Shown piece after piece: positions 28,645-39,721 of a stretch of 64,000 nucleotides of DNA. The DNA comes from Octopus vulgaris (lineage: Eukaryota), in the NCBI GenBank assembly GCA_951406725.2, contig OX597816.1:153636001-153700000 (forward strand), given 5' to 3'. How positions within the stretch are numbered: position 1 is the first letter of the stretch; every line of letters begins with the position of its first letter. The notes beneath the pieces are model-generated. The model was not told the origin of the DNA and did not search any database. It saw only the letters and a program-made list of their open reading frames with translations. Made by a program: the position numbers and the translations under genes.

Positions 28645-29844
28645 AATCAAGAGAAAACTGAGTGTGCTAAGAAGATTAAAATGGAAGGGCGTCATTCGTC
28701 ATAAGTTGGTTCTACGTAGTCAGACGATCAGTAGTTTTATTTGAAGATTTTTAACATCCTGTGTTAGAAGTATTGCGTAGATACTGTACTATTACAAATC
28801 ACTTGACTACATATTACTCCTTATCCACGATATTTTGGTAGAGTAAGGTACATCTCTCATTCCCCAACCGCATTAGCTTTTCTTTTTTCTTTCCTCCCAA
28901 AATTGAAATTCAAGGCATCCTATTTCAGATAATAGAAGAGATCGGAGAAAATTCACTAAGAGAACTGCACGTTTCTCCCGAAAACGCGTTCCAAAACTAC
29001 AAAAACGTTGTGAGTGGTATATCAACATTGCGGGGGGGTTATTTTAAACGAGGTAAGTTTAATTAAATTGTATGAAGCATAGTTTTGGGACAAGGCTCAT
29101 ATGGAATAGACAGGCTGAGATCCTCTGTCTGGTGGCTTTAGCGAAAGAGTTTATGTGATGGTGGTGCTGGTAGTGCTGGTGGTGCTGGTGGTGCTGGTGC
29201 TGGTAGTGGTGGTGGTATTCAAAAGACTGAGGGCATCTTGCATATTTTCATAGCTCTTGCATAGCTCTTGAAACAAAATTATATACAGGGTATATAAGAT
29301 ATTTGAGGACAGATTTATATTAATAAAAAAAAAACAGATATATAATAACAGATAATAACCTTATTTATCAAAATACGCTATGAAGATAAAAATAAAGCTT
29401 ATTTTCTATAATTTTATTCAATAAAGCCATCTTCAGCTTCAACTGATTTAAATCATCTACATACTCGAATCAAGCGGTGCTGGTTCATTACTCTGGCTAT
29501 GGCAGCTTTCAAAGAATCTTTGGTGTTATGGGCATGTTCATTGATCTCTCTCTCAACGACGCTCCACATGTCCAATGGATTGAGATCTGGGGAATTAAGA
29601 GGCCAAATGTTATGGGTTATGTGATCATGAAAATTTTCAGCCATCCATTCCTGTGCTACTAGAGCCATGTGTGATAGTGCAGAATATTACTAAAACATAC
29701 ATGGCCTTCCATTACATGCACTGTGTATCCAGGGCCTAACAACTATTTCCAGGACCTCAATGTAGGCGGCAGAGTTAACTCTAAGGCCTTGTGGAAAGAA
29801 GTAAGGAGGCAGCACATGTTCTTCCTTGCTGACAACCCCTAAAA

Positions 29845-32700
29845 CAGGGGTGGGCGAACTTTTTTGATCGCGGGCCGCACAGTGCGTCCTTGGAATCTTG
29901 GCGGGCCTCATTTATAAAAATCAAGTGAAAATATTTTTAAAGGCGGTTATAGACCTATAAACACACAATTGATTGAAAGGAAATTTTGTGAAATATTCCT
30001 GGTTTAAGTGATTTAATTTATTGTTTAGAGTATCGGGTTCATGTTTTTCGGTTATTTGCTCCTATAGTTGAAATTATTACAGGAACCTCGGTTATTTTGG
30101 ACAACCTGTTATTGCTTACAAATTGCCAGGAACGGAATTTTCCTAGTAAAATCTGCACTAATTGTGGACAACTACCTCTTAATATTATGGACAACCATGA
30201 TGAATATTATACTTAAATTCTAGGATACCCAAAATAAAAGATTTTAAAGAGAAATAACAGTATATTAATATGAATTGATATCTGAAATTAGAAACGTCAC
30301 CTGAAGCATTTATTTGAAAAACAAAGCGGCTCTGTAAATAACAATGTCAATGAGAATGATGCAGCTGACTACTGTCATTTACCAGTTTGTCAAAACTAGG
30401 TGTCAAGTTGCTTGTGCTGATTCTTAACACTGACTGAAGATTTGAGTCTGTGAGAAGTGATCGATTCTTCCCCTTGTTAATTTTCATGATGGAGAAAGTC
30501 TGCTCACATATGTAAGTTGATGCAAACAACACAAACATCTTTCTTGCAAATTTTTTTAGATTTTGAAACTTTTTTGAATGTAGAGAAGCATAAAACTCGA
30601 TCAGTGGTTTACTTTCAAACATCATCTTTAAAGAATTGTCGGCTTGCAAATGAATCAGTTCTATCTGCAGTTCCTCGGTAGTTGTTTCAATGTCACAGGC
30701 AAGAGGTGAGTTAAGCAAATCGAACAGGCCTTCAACTGCCTTGAAATCAGCAAATCTTCTAATGAATTCCTTTTGTAAAGCCATCAACTGGGAACTGTAC
30801 TTGTCCGATGATTCTTGTGTAACAGACTGTGCTTTCAGCAGAGGGAAGTGAATAAATTTTTGCTCATTCAGCTGCTCGGCAAAAAGTCCAAGCTTCCATT
30901 GAAAAGCTTTCACTTCCAGGTACAATTCATGAGCAAATATACCTTTGCCTTGCAGTTTTGTGTTAAGTTCATTCAGCTTCTGCATTATGTCCACAGCAAA
31001 TGCAAAATCACAAACCCATTCGTCACTCCTCATTTCGTTTAAAAAGTCACAGGAGATGTCTTGCATTTTGAGAAACATAAGAATCTCTGCTTTGAGGTCC
31101 CATACTCTCTTAAGAACTTTTCCAATGCTTAACAAGCGGACATTTGTGTAGTACAGCACATCAGTAAAATCAGCCTCCACATCCTCCAAGAAACTTCGGA
31201 ATTGCCTGTGTTTCAATCTCCGTGATCTTATTAAATTCACTGCACGCACCACAGGTTCGATGACATGTTTGAGTTTTAAAGATGACTTACAAAGGCTTTC
31301 TTGATGTATGATGCAGTGAAAAAACAACACACTGTGTAGTGGAAAATCTTCTTTGATTTTGTCATTCAACAACTTCACAAGGCCGGAATGTTTACTGGTG
31401 AGTGAAGGAGCTCCATCGGTTGTAATGCTGGCCAGTTTATTTAAGGTTAATCCAGACCTGATTGAACTGTTAATGACACTGTTGAACAAATCTTTTCCAG
31501 TAGTAGTGTCTTTGAGAGACTCCATAGATAACAATTCCTCTGTAATTTCAAAGTTTTCGTCAATTCCTCTGATGTAGATGAGTAACTGAGCAGTATCCTG
31601 AATATCAGTACTCTCATCTAAAGCAATAGAAAACCACTGAAATCGACCACTGGCTGTTAACAGCTGTTCATGAATATTCACGGCAATTGCATCAATGCGA
31701 CGAACAATAGTTCTTCGTGACAGGGAAATGGCTTCTACTTTTGACTTAACTTCAGGAGACACAACGCTGACAGCATCAACCATACAATCTTTGATAAATT
31801 CTGCTTCTGCGCATGACTTGTTTTGCTTTGCAATTTTGTTGGCCAATATAAAACTTGCCTTTGTCGCGTTCCTTTGTAAAGAGGAAGTTTTATCAAACAC
31901 ATTTTGCTGTTGCTTCAAACGTTTAGTCAGATCATTTGCTTTCTTTTGCAGTTCTTGTTTTGATAAATTGTGTCCAAAATTGGCGTGCTTCGTTTGAAAG
32001 TGGTGTTTCAAATTATATTCCTTGAACACAGCAACTGTTTCAGAACAAATCAAACATGCAGCTTTCACTCCAACGTCGGTAAAGAAATACTTTTCAGTCC
32101 GATTTTCATTAAAAACACGACATTCCTCTTCAATTTTTCGCTTTTTAGATAGCTTCGAACAACTCATTTTGGGTAAATTTTATCAGACAACAAAAGCTAG
32201 TTTGAAACACTCGTGTCTGTACTAAATTCAAATAATCGATAGAGTGAATGATAACCAACCACAGCTCTGTGTCCAGAAAAAGCTGGTTCAAGCCCTTTTA
32301 TTAACCTGGCCGGCTTCTTCATTGGAACGAAAGGCATCGTCCATCATGCCCTCTTCACCATCTATCACGTGATTTATTTATTTGAATGTTTCAAGCATAT
32401 CGATTGGCTCGTTGTATTGCCACAATACTTGTTTCATTGTTCTATTAATTTTTGTTTTTGTAGGGTCTTACGAGAAAACACAGAAAAGATATCTTCACCC
32501 GGAAATGTGTTTTATTATGATGTCATGGGAATATTTCTCGAAATTTTTCATCGCTTCACGGTAGCTGAAAAGAGACAAACAGCGGACAATTTTGTGAAGG
32601 CGCGAAACAGTGAACTGAAATAAAATGCAAACTATTGTGAATTACCGTACAACTGAAACAGTTACGAAGTATCTGCATAGAAGTTGGGATTCATAAAAGC
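29845..32700 (-). mobile_element. hAT (Buster/Charlie, SPIN/GTF2IRD2-like) transposon with only one recognisable TIR
   Basis: TIR-like CAGGGGTGGGCGAAC at 29845, exactly where the mariner ORF is interrupted. No matching TIR seen at the other end, so the right boundary is approximate. Confidence 0.75.
30347..32167 (-). CDS. hAT transposase, 606 aa (GTF2IRD2/EPM2AIP1-like)
   Basis: Uninterrupted ORF with BED-type finger CLIC..HFQTKH, catalytic DDE in ALDESTD, TTDGA and CEQTFS, HCIIH motif and hATC dimerisation region. Confidence 0.92.
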   Translation of the reverse strand: MSCSKLSKKRKIEEECRVFNENRTEKYFFTDVGVKAACLICSETVAVFKEYNLKHHFQTKHANFGHNLSKQELQKKANDLTKRLKQQQNVFDKTSSLQRNATKASFILANKIAKQNKSCAEAEFIKDCMVDAVSVVSPEVKSKVEAISLSRRTIVRRIDAIAVNIHEQLLTASGRFQWFSIALDESTDIQDTAQLLIYIRGIDENFEITEELLSMESLKDTTTGKDLFNSVINSSIRSGLTLNKLASITTDGAPSLTSKHSGLVKLLNDKIKEDFPLHSVLFFHCIIHQESLCKSSLKLKHVIEPVVRAVNLIRSRRLKHRQFRSFLEDVEADFTDVLYYTNVRLLSIGKVLKRVWDLKAEILMFLKMQDISCDFLNEMRSDEWVCDFAFAVDIMQKLNELNTKLQGKGIFAHELYLEVKAFQWKLGLFAEQLNEQKFIHFPLLKAQSVTQESSDKYSSQLMALQKEFIRRFADFKAVEGLFDLLNSPLACDIETTTEELQIELIHLQADNSLKMMFESKPLIEFYASLHSKKFQNLKKFARKMFVLFASTYICEQTFSIMKINKGKNRSLLTDSNLQSVLRISTSNLTPSFDKLVNDSSQLHHSH

Positions 32701-33110
32701 TATCTTCTGATATATGGAGATCTTTAGCAATTAACCTCATGGACTTTCTGGGATTGTAATCAAGGGTCTGTTGAACTTGCTAGATAAATTCAGGTGTTCT
32801 GATAATTTCAGAGCGTTTAGAATGCTTTTTATGCTTTGATACTGGTGATACGCTTCCATATTCAGTCTCTAGCTCCTTACAAACCTTGTAGACGAAAGAT
32901 CTGGCAATTTATAAAAATCGAGATATTTCTAAATCGCTATGCTCAGCTTTTATAACCACAATAACAGCATGCCTCTTCCTTTCTTGAGTAAGCTGAGGGT
33001 CTGCCATTATTATTTTCTGAAACAAAGATTATATAGAGTTAGCAAAAAACGCAGCAATGACCCAAAGAAGGTATATCTTCAAATACCTTACGCACCGTGT
33101 ATATATCCAC

Positions 33111-33148
<38 letters not shown>

Positions 33149-34639
33149 GGGAGAGTGAGTAAGGCAGAGATGTATGTAATTATTAAAATGAAGCCCGGAT
33201 CAATGGGGTCGATATAATAGAACTAAACAACCTCCTCTAAAAAAAATTGCTGGGTGTGTACCAATATCATAAAAACCACACTTATAGTGTTATCATATGG
33301 ATGGATGTGTGTGTGTGCCTGCGTGTGTGTTATACTGAGATAAGCGTATCCTCGTAATATATTTATCTTAGAGATATTTCATAATTTTGTATGAGTACAT
33401 CATAGTTTGTTTAAACCAGTAAACTTCTTAAATCCGTCATCGACTTTTTGGACATTCATACTTTCATCTTCTAGTCGAAGTGTTGTTAGCGTATATTACA
33501 ACTTCTTTGTATTAGGCAGAACCAATTTATGTGGTGTAGATATTGCAGCCGGGACTTGAATTTTGACCGTCAGAGTCATGAGTCATGGGCTGGGACTCCA
33601 AGTTTCATATAGCTTAGAGCTCACCAAGTCTAAATCGGGCACAGGCGAGAAACCTTAAGGGAACTTAAACGTCCAGTGTGAAATTTTCAATGAATAGTAT
33701 AGCTAAACTTATTCGGTCGCTCACGTTACTAGAAGTAACAATCAAATCTCTCTCAAATCTCACTCTACTATCTTAGAGAGAGATACACTGAACAATGTAG
33801 TCATTGATATAAAAAGAGAAAAAACGGATTAATCACGACTAGAACGCCGTTGTTCATAGATTTATTCGATGACAATTGACCTGGGGCCAAACATTAACGA
33901 CTTAAGGCATAGATTTAGAACTTTAAGCAGATAGTATATAGGAGGAAACACTTATGTATGAATGTAAGCATGCTTTAAAGTATGAAAAAAAAAGCATTTG
34001 TGCACATTTTCTAGATTGTATTCTTTTTCTTACTGCTTTATTTAATATCATTCTGTGAATGTTGCGCTGGTTAGAATTGCAAAGACTAAGAAAATACCTA
34101 GCATGTCTGGCAAGGCAAAAAATGGGGAAAACCAAAAAGAAGGAAAAAAAGAAAGAAATGAGAGACAGAGACAGGGAGAAAGTGGTGGAGAAAGAGTGAA
34201 ACAAAGAAAAACATAGGAGAGATGGTGGGAAGATAAAAGAATTTATAGCAATTGTGCGGTGATTACGAATTTCACATTTGAGCATCATCGCCTCTCGTAT
34301 TACTTTCACGCTGGTGTTGATATATTACCGATGTGGGTGTGATGAGAGTGATGATGATAGTTATGATAATGATGAGGAGGGTGGGGTGGGGGGAAGGAGG
34401 CCGACGACGACGACGACGACGATGATGATGATGATGATGATGATGGCGACGACGACGACGACGACAACAAAAATAAAAATGATGAGGTTGGAAAAAAATC
34501 CCGTCGTATTCAAGATAGGAAAGCGACACATGCTTCTGTATATATTTAATCACGATAATAGTTCCCCTTGTTATTGATAGCACAATCCCATCTAAAAGGT
34601 AAATTGTTGACCCCCTCGGACGTAAAATTCTTCACGTTT

Positions 34640-35612
34640 CAAAACAAAGAAACACTCAATAACATTTTTAACCTCTTTACAATTACAATTAATAGTTTTC
34701 CTTTTAAATAGTATTGCAATGATCTGAAAAGATGACACCTAATTGGAGTAAGGTCGAAAGGGTAGGGAGAATGTGGTAAACGTTCCATATTTAGTACCAT
34801 AATCTTGTCTTGAGTGACTTGGACAATTGGTTGCCTTGCTTTATCGTAGATGAACGACCCCCTTTATGACTGATCAATGATGGGCACTTTTTCTGCAAAT
34901 CTTTTAGCAATACTCCCACTTGACAAACAATACCGCTCATCGTTAACTGTTTTGTTTCAATGGTTGACGACGTCCTTCATATCCACCAAACACAGAACGT
35001 AACTTTCCTAACAGATTCTCCTTTTCTACTGGACTCTCCTATTTCATTGGGTGCTAACCATTGGCGTTTTCATTTGGTATGATTATAGAGAACCCACATT
35101 TCCTCATTTGTGATGATTCTGTTCAAGAAAGGTTCGGTAGCAAGTGTATTCATCATTGATTAAACTGAGAAGCAGTCAAATGATGAATTAAGACACTTTT
35201 CATAGTTTGTGAAGTTATTTTATGATCATAGTGAGACTTTAATTGAACTGTTATGCATATTCTTTTGCAGTTTCCTCAAGAGTTTCCTCAACTACGGTTT
35301 TCAGAAGTTCAGTAATGACAGAACATGACCGTCCAAAACGAGGGAAATCTGCGAGAGATAAAATCTCCCAAGTGAAACTGACCAAACCATTGTTGGCATA
35401 TCTGGACACTTAAAACATCATTTCCATAATCAGAGCGAATATATGTTACTGCTTCAACTGCAAAAGAGCACCTTTTGTATTCATACAGAATGCAGTGTCT
35501 CATATGACTCTAATCTAAACTCATTTTAATGGAGTAAAATTGATACAAATTTAACCACAATGATATAAAGTAATCTGTAAAAAAAAGGAAAAGAACTTAT
35601 TTGACCGTAAGT
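34640..35612 (-). pseudogene. Decayed mariner (DD34D-type) transposase
   Basis: MRHCILYEYKR..YGNDVLSVQICQQWFGQFHLGDF HTH, plus FLNRIITNEEMW (cf. IVTGDEKW) near 35095-35130. Boundaries approximate. Confidence 0.7.
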
Positions 35613-35846
35613 ATTGAAAATGTATCCTCAATGTGATCGCGTCAAAACTTTCTTTCCAACCAAACACACACATACACACATGCAAACGTACACAAATATA
35701 TATGTCTAAATATACGTATGTATACACGAATGCATGTATGTGTGTATATGAATGTATATATGTATGCATTTATGTATGATGTATGTACGTACGTACAGAC
35801 AAATAGACAGGTAGATACATACATACATACATACATACATACATGC

Positions 35847-35922
<76 letters not shown>

Positions 35923-36077
35923 ATTTTAGGGATTGTTTTTGATAAAAACAATTTTACATTAAACTGAAGGATCACTCAGTACCTTTTGTAGCGTGCATAT
36001 TTACTGTTGACTGTGACTTTCAAGTTTCGGCTTGCTTAACCTTCATCAGACTATGGTACATTTGGGTTCCTTTTGGC

Positions 36078-36270
36078 GAAGAAGAAGAAGAAGAAGAAGA
36101 AGAAGAAGAAGAAGAAGAAGAAGAAGAAGAAGAAGAAGAAGAAGAAGAAGAAGAAGAAGAAGAAGAAGAAGAAGAAGAAGAAGAAGAAGAAGAAGAAGAA
36201 GAAGAAGAAGAAGAAGAAGAAGAAGAAGAAGAAGAAGAAGAAGAAGAAGAAGAAGAAGAAGAAGAAGAAG
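36078..36270. repeat. Perfect (GAA)64 microsatellite
   Basis: 193 bp uninterrupted. Confidence 0.98.
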
Positions 36271-36684
36271 GCAATACTTAGTCATGCATAAAAAAATGTT
36301 ATATGGATAATCTAAAGAGCACTGTAGCACCTCAGACAAGTCTCAAGTCTTCTGCTATGGCCTTACAAAATGCACAAAAAATACTTTTCACCCCTGCATT
36401 TAAAGCATCTCCTACACTCCTGTTTGTTCACTGTCAGGTGATTCCTTTTCGCCGAATATACTATCCCTGAAGCATTATCCTCTTCACTACTGTGCTTGCT
36501 GTCAGTTACTTGTATCTTTAACCGACTGACTTGCAGATTTTAATTTCTTTTGCCTGTGTACTTGTTTAGTTATAATGTTCCCGATAACTCTTTTTATCGT
36601 GTTCCATGTAGTCCCCATGCAGTATTTACATATGTAGTATACGTAACACAAATTGGAACAAGTAAATTGTTTTCTTCAATATCA

Positions 36685-37148
36685 TAGGCGCAGGCATAGC
36701 TGTGTGGTAAGCAGCTTTCTTCCCAACCACTTAGTTCCGAGTACAGTCCCACTACGTGACTCTTTCGGCAAGTGCCTTCTACTATAGCTGTGGGCCTTGA
36801 GGGTAGATTTGCTAGACGGAAACTGAAAGAAACCCGTCGTATATATGAGTGCGTGCGTGCGTGTGTGAGTGTGTGTGTGTGTGTACGCTCGTTTATGTAT
36901 ACATATATGTGTGTGTTCGTGTGCGTGTGTGTGTGTATGTGTATTTGTGTCTGTGTCCTTCACCACCGCTTGATAACCGGTATTGGTTTGTTTACACCCC
37001 CGTAACCAAGCAGCTCGGTAAAAGAGAATGGTAGAATAAGTACCAGGCTTATAAAATAACTACTAAGGTCGATTTATTCGACTAAAGCCTTCAAGCGGTG
37101 TTCCAGTATGGCCATAGTCCAATGAGCAGAACATGTAAAAGATAAAAA
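36685..37148 (+). mobile_element. tRNA-derived SINE, family C, with internal (GT)n
   Basis: Head AGGCGCAGGCATAGCTGTGTGGTAAG, body GGAAACTGAAAGAAACCCGTCG. Homologous to 45900-46333 and 52902-53300. Confidence 0.8.
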
Positions 37149-37635
37149 CTGAAAGATTCCGATTATTTTGTGTTTAAAAATTCTCATGGAAGAAAACATT
37201 TGTGTATGCTTGAAAACTTTTGGAACCGACTTGATATCAAAATTGTTGAAAGGTACAATCCTCGTCGGATTCTTTGTTTCTGTTGAATAGGAGATGTTTC
37301 ATCCTAACTAACTCCATTTTTCTCAATCTTATTGAGTTGGGTTTAAAACCAAAACAATAATTACAAAAAGTCTAAATATGATTATTATATATATATATAT
37401 ATATATTGGTTTGTTTACACCCCCGTAACTAATAAGCGGACAGCTTTTTTCTTATTTTTATAAGAATGCCATATTAGTATGGCGATAACTATTATTTTCC
37501 GGGAACGCTGCCGCTGTTCTCTTTTAGAGAGACTTAGTTATTTTAATATTTCTATTATTGAAAACAAGTGGATGTATTCCACCGAAACTAGGTAAATAAA
37601 ACCATCGAACAGAGATTGTCGGAAGCGACACCTAC

Positions 37636-37697
37636 TGGCTGGCTACGCTGCATTGAAAAGGGGCAATACCCCGAAACGCGTCTGTAGCTGCCGGTCA
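37636..37697 (+). ncRNA. Type I hammerhead ribozyme, copy 1 (predicted cleavage after C37682)
   Basis: Helix I TGGCTGGC-tac-GCTGCA / TGTAGC-t-GCCGGTCA; core TTGAAAA (U3-A8 variant of CUGANGA); helix II GGGG-CAATA-CCCC; GAAA; palindromic helix III ACGCGT; GTC cleavage triplet. Confidence 0.88.
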
Positions 37698-37982
37698 AGT
37701 AGTGTGGAGCGACTGACCTCCCTTGTTCGAAGGTTATATGGATACAGTTTGTATATCAAATAGCTAACTTAAGGCGATGGCCTCATGGAGCTAATAAGCG
37801 GACAGCTTTTTTCTTATTTTTATAAGAATGCCATATTAGTATGGCGATAACTATTATTTTCCGGGAACGCTGCCGCTGTTCTCTTTTAGAGAGACTTAGT
37901 TATTTTAATATTTCTATTATTGAAAACAAGTGGATGTATTCCACCGAAACTAGGTAAATAAAACCATCGAACAGAGATTGTC

Positions 37983-37999
37983 GGAAGCGACACCTACTG
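37983..37999 (+). repeat. Left target-site duplication of the LINE (17 bp, GGAAGCGACACCTACTG)
   Basis: Identical to 43359-43375. Removing the LINE and one copy restores an intact 362-bp unit. Confidence 0.95.
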
Positions 38000-38216
38000 A
38001 TTTTTCCTTGGATTACGTCGGATTATTTTACGCTGTAAGCTGTTATGTTAGTTCGTTCTGTTCTGGATTTACACGTACAATTTTTGGAGTATTAACTTGT
38101 GAAACAAAGTAATTTTCGCCCTTCGGGGTAGAAAATTTCTTTTTATATATGAACTTTAATTCAGTGTGGATTTAATTTTTATCTTGTCTCTTGTGACAAG
38201 TCACTTGCATTTTATT

Positions 38217-39697
38217 ATGGATCTTGACTTAACGTCAAATTCTGATTTTCCCGAGATGGGAGAAGTTATAAAGCAAAAGGATACAAAGGAGAAACAAAGT
38301 TTTTCGGAAGCCGTTGGAGGCAATGTTATAGAACTGGAAGTAACAATGGAGGATCTCTTCAAGTTCAGAAAGTTCATACAAAGGAATGGAGAAGAAACGA
38401 GAATAATACCGCCCCCTGACACCTTACAAGCAATCCGTGAGAAGACGGTAATTTATAAGGTATATAATATTAAGGAAAAAAAGATTGCAGATGTAAGAAA
38501 TGAATTGGTAGAACGGTGCATGGCACCAATTTGGAACAAGGTTCGCTATGTTGGCCGAGGAGTGAGAAGCGCTACTATTGAAGCGCATTTCGAGTCGGCT
38601 AGCATAGCGAAGGAAATTTCAACTCAAACGTTGAAGAGTGCAGACATCCTGTTGCTGCCCACGTACTTAGGGCGCAGAACAGCTAAGATAACAATAGAGG
38701 ATATACCAACAGGTTACGATGTAATGTGGGCAGCAACAGCGGTCGTATTCGACGTAGAAGAGAAATTAAACATTTTAAACATGAGGATGAAAGAGGCAAA
38801 ATTTTGGAAAGGTCAGCAGCTTGAAATGATCGTTCAAGCTGACAATGCAACGCTGGAGAGTTTGCCAGACAGGGTCTTCGTGGGGGATGGACACACTGCG
38901 TGGGTATCGGTTGAGGGACGTAGGCCCAGATGTTTCAAATGTGGGCAGAAGGGTCACGTCCGCTCAGAGTGCAAAAGAAAAAACCCGTTAATGCCCCCAT
39001 TCAAACCGCTGTGGAGAACAAAGCAGACATCACAGCAACAACAAAAGAGAATACCCGGAAAAAGCAAAATGAAAGTCAAAAGGAGGAAAAGAAAATGAAT
39101 GGAAAACAAAGCGAAAACGAAAACGAGGTGGAAAATATTTTATCAAATGGAAAAGAACTGGAAGTAATGGAATATACGACTGTAACCAACAAAAGGAAGA
39201 AATCCAATACTCCGGACTCCCCACCCCAAACAAAAAGAAAAACAAACGCAGAAGAACAACACAAAAAAATTATCCAATCCCACCCCGCTGGCACTACTTT
39301 TGTAGGCCAGCATTTCATTAAACCCCAGCCCCCAACTTTAAAAGGATTCAAAAAAACCGATAGATGCATTGCTTATAACACAAAAAACGAGAGAGTAGTT
39401 TGGTACATAAAGGCGAAACCAAACATAAAATGTTTCAAATCATCGGAAAAAAACCCGGATTGGAGGTATGCGAAGGTTGGAGAGGAGGAATGGAAGGAGA
39501 GACTCTTCCAACTACACGTGAGGGACAACCTGATTAAAGATGTCACACAAGAGGTGATAGCTGGAAAATTGAATATTAGCCCGCCAGCCACTCCATCCCA
39601 GAGCCCGGTGGCAACGCCGGTTAAATGCCCAGCAACAACGGAGAGTGTGGGGGAGGCAGGCAGACAAAAGCTGCCATGCTCCCTCTCACAACCGTAA
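38217..39697 (+). CDS. LINE ORF1, gag-like nucleic-acid-binding protein with CCHC knuckle (one -1 frameshift near 38980)
   Basis: CFKCGQKGHVRSEC knuckle. Track ORFs 38166-39098 and 38930-39697 join through an A-run. First ATG at 38217. Confidence 0.8.
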
Positions 39698-39721
39698 GTA
39701 ACAAACTTTCTTCATTCATCG

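Larger units (their letters stand above)
29286..33099 (-). mobile_element. Decayed Tc1/mariner (maT/DD37D-like) transposon interrupted by a hAT element
   Basis: TA-flanked degenerate TIRs (CAGGGTATATAAGATATTTGAGG and, on the minus strand, CACGGTGCGTAAGGTATTTGAAG). N-terminal HTH from ATG 33007 (MADPQLTQERKRHAVIV..NPRKSMRLIAKDLHISE, with stops). C-terminal part LGVVSKEEHVLPPYFFPQGLRVN..WPLNSPDLNPLD at 29453-29844. Confidence 0.85.
37429..37999 (+). repeat. 362-bp hammerhead-containing tandem repeat (retrozyme/pLTR-like), left part (about 1.6 units)
   Basis: Period 362 (CTAATAAGCGG at 37429 and 37791; GGAAGCGAC at 37621 and 37983). Near-identical to the units at 43359-44381. Confidence 0.95.

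Noticed and set aside
30815-32225. Plus-strand ORFs overlapping the hAT transposase
   Set aside because: Antisense shadows of the real minus-strand ORF
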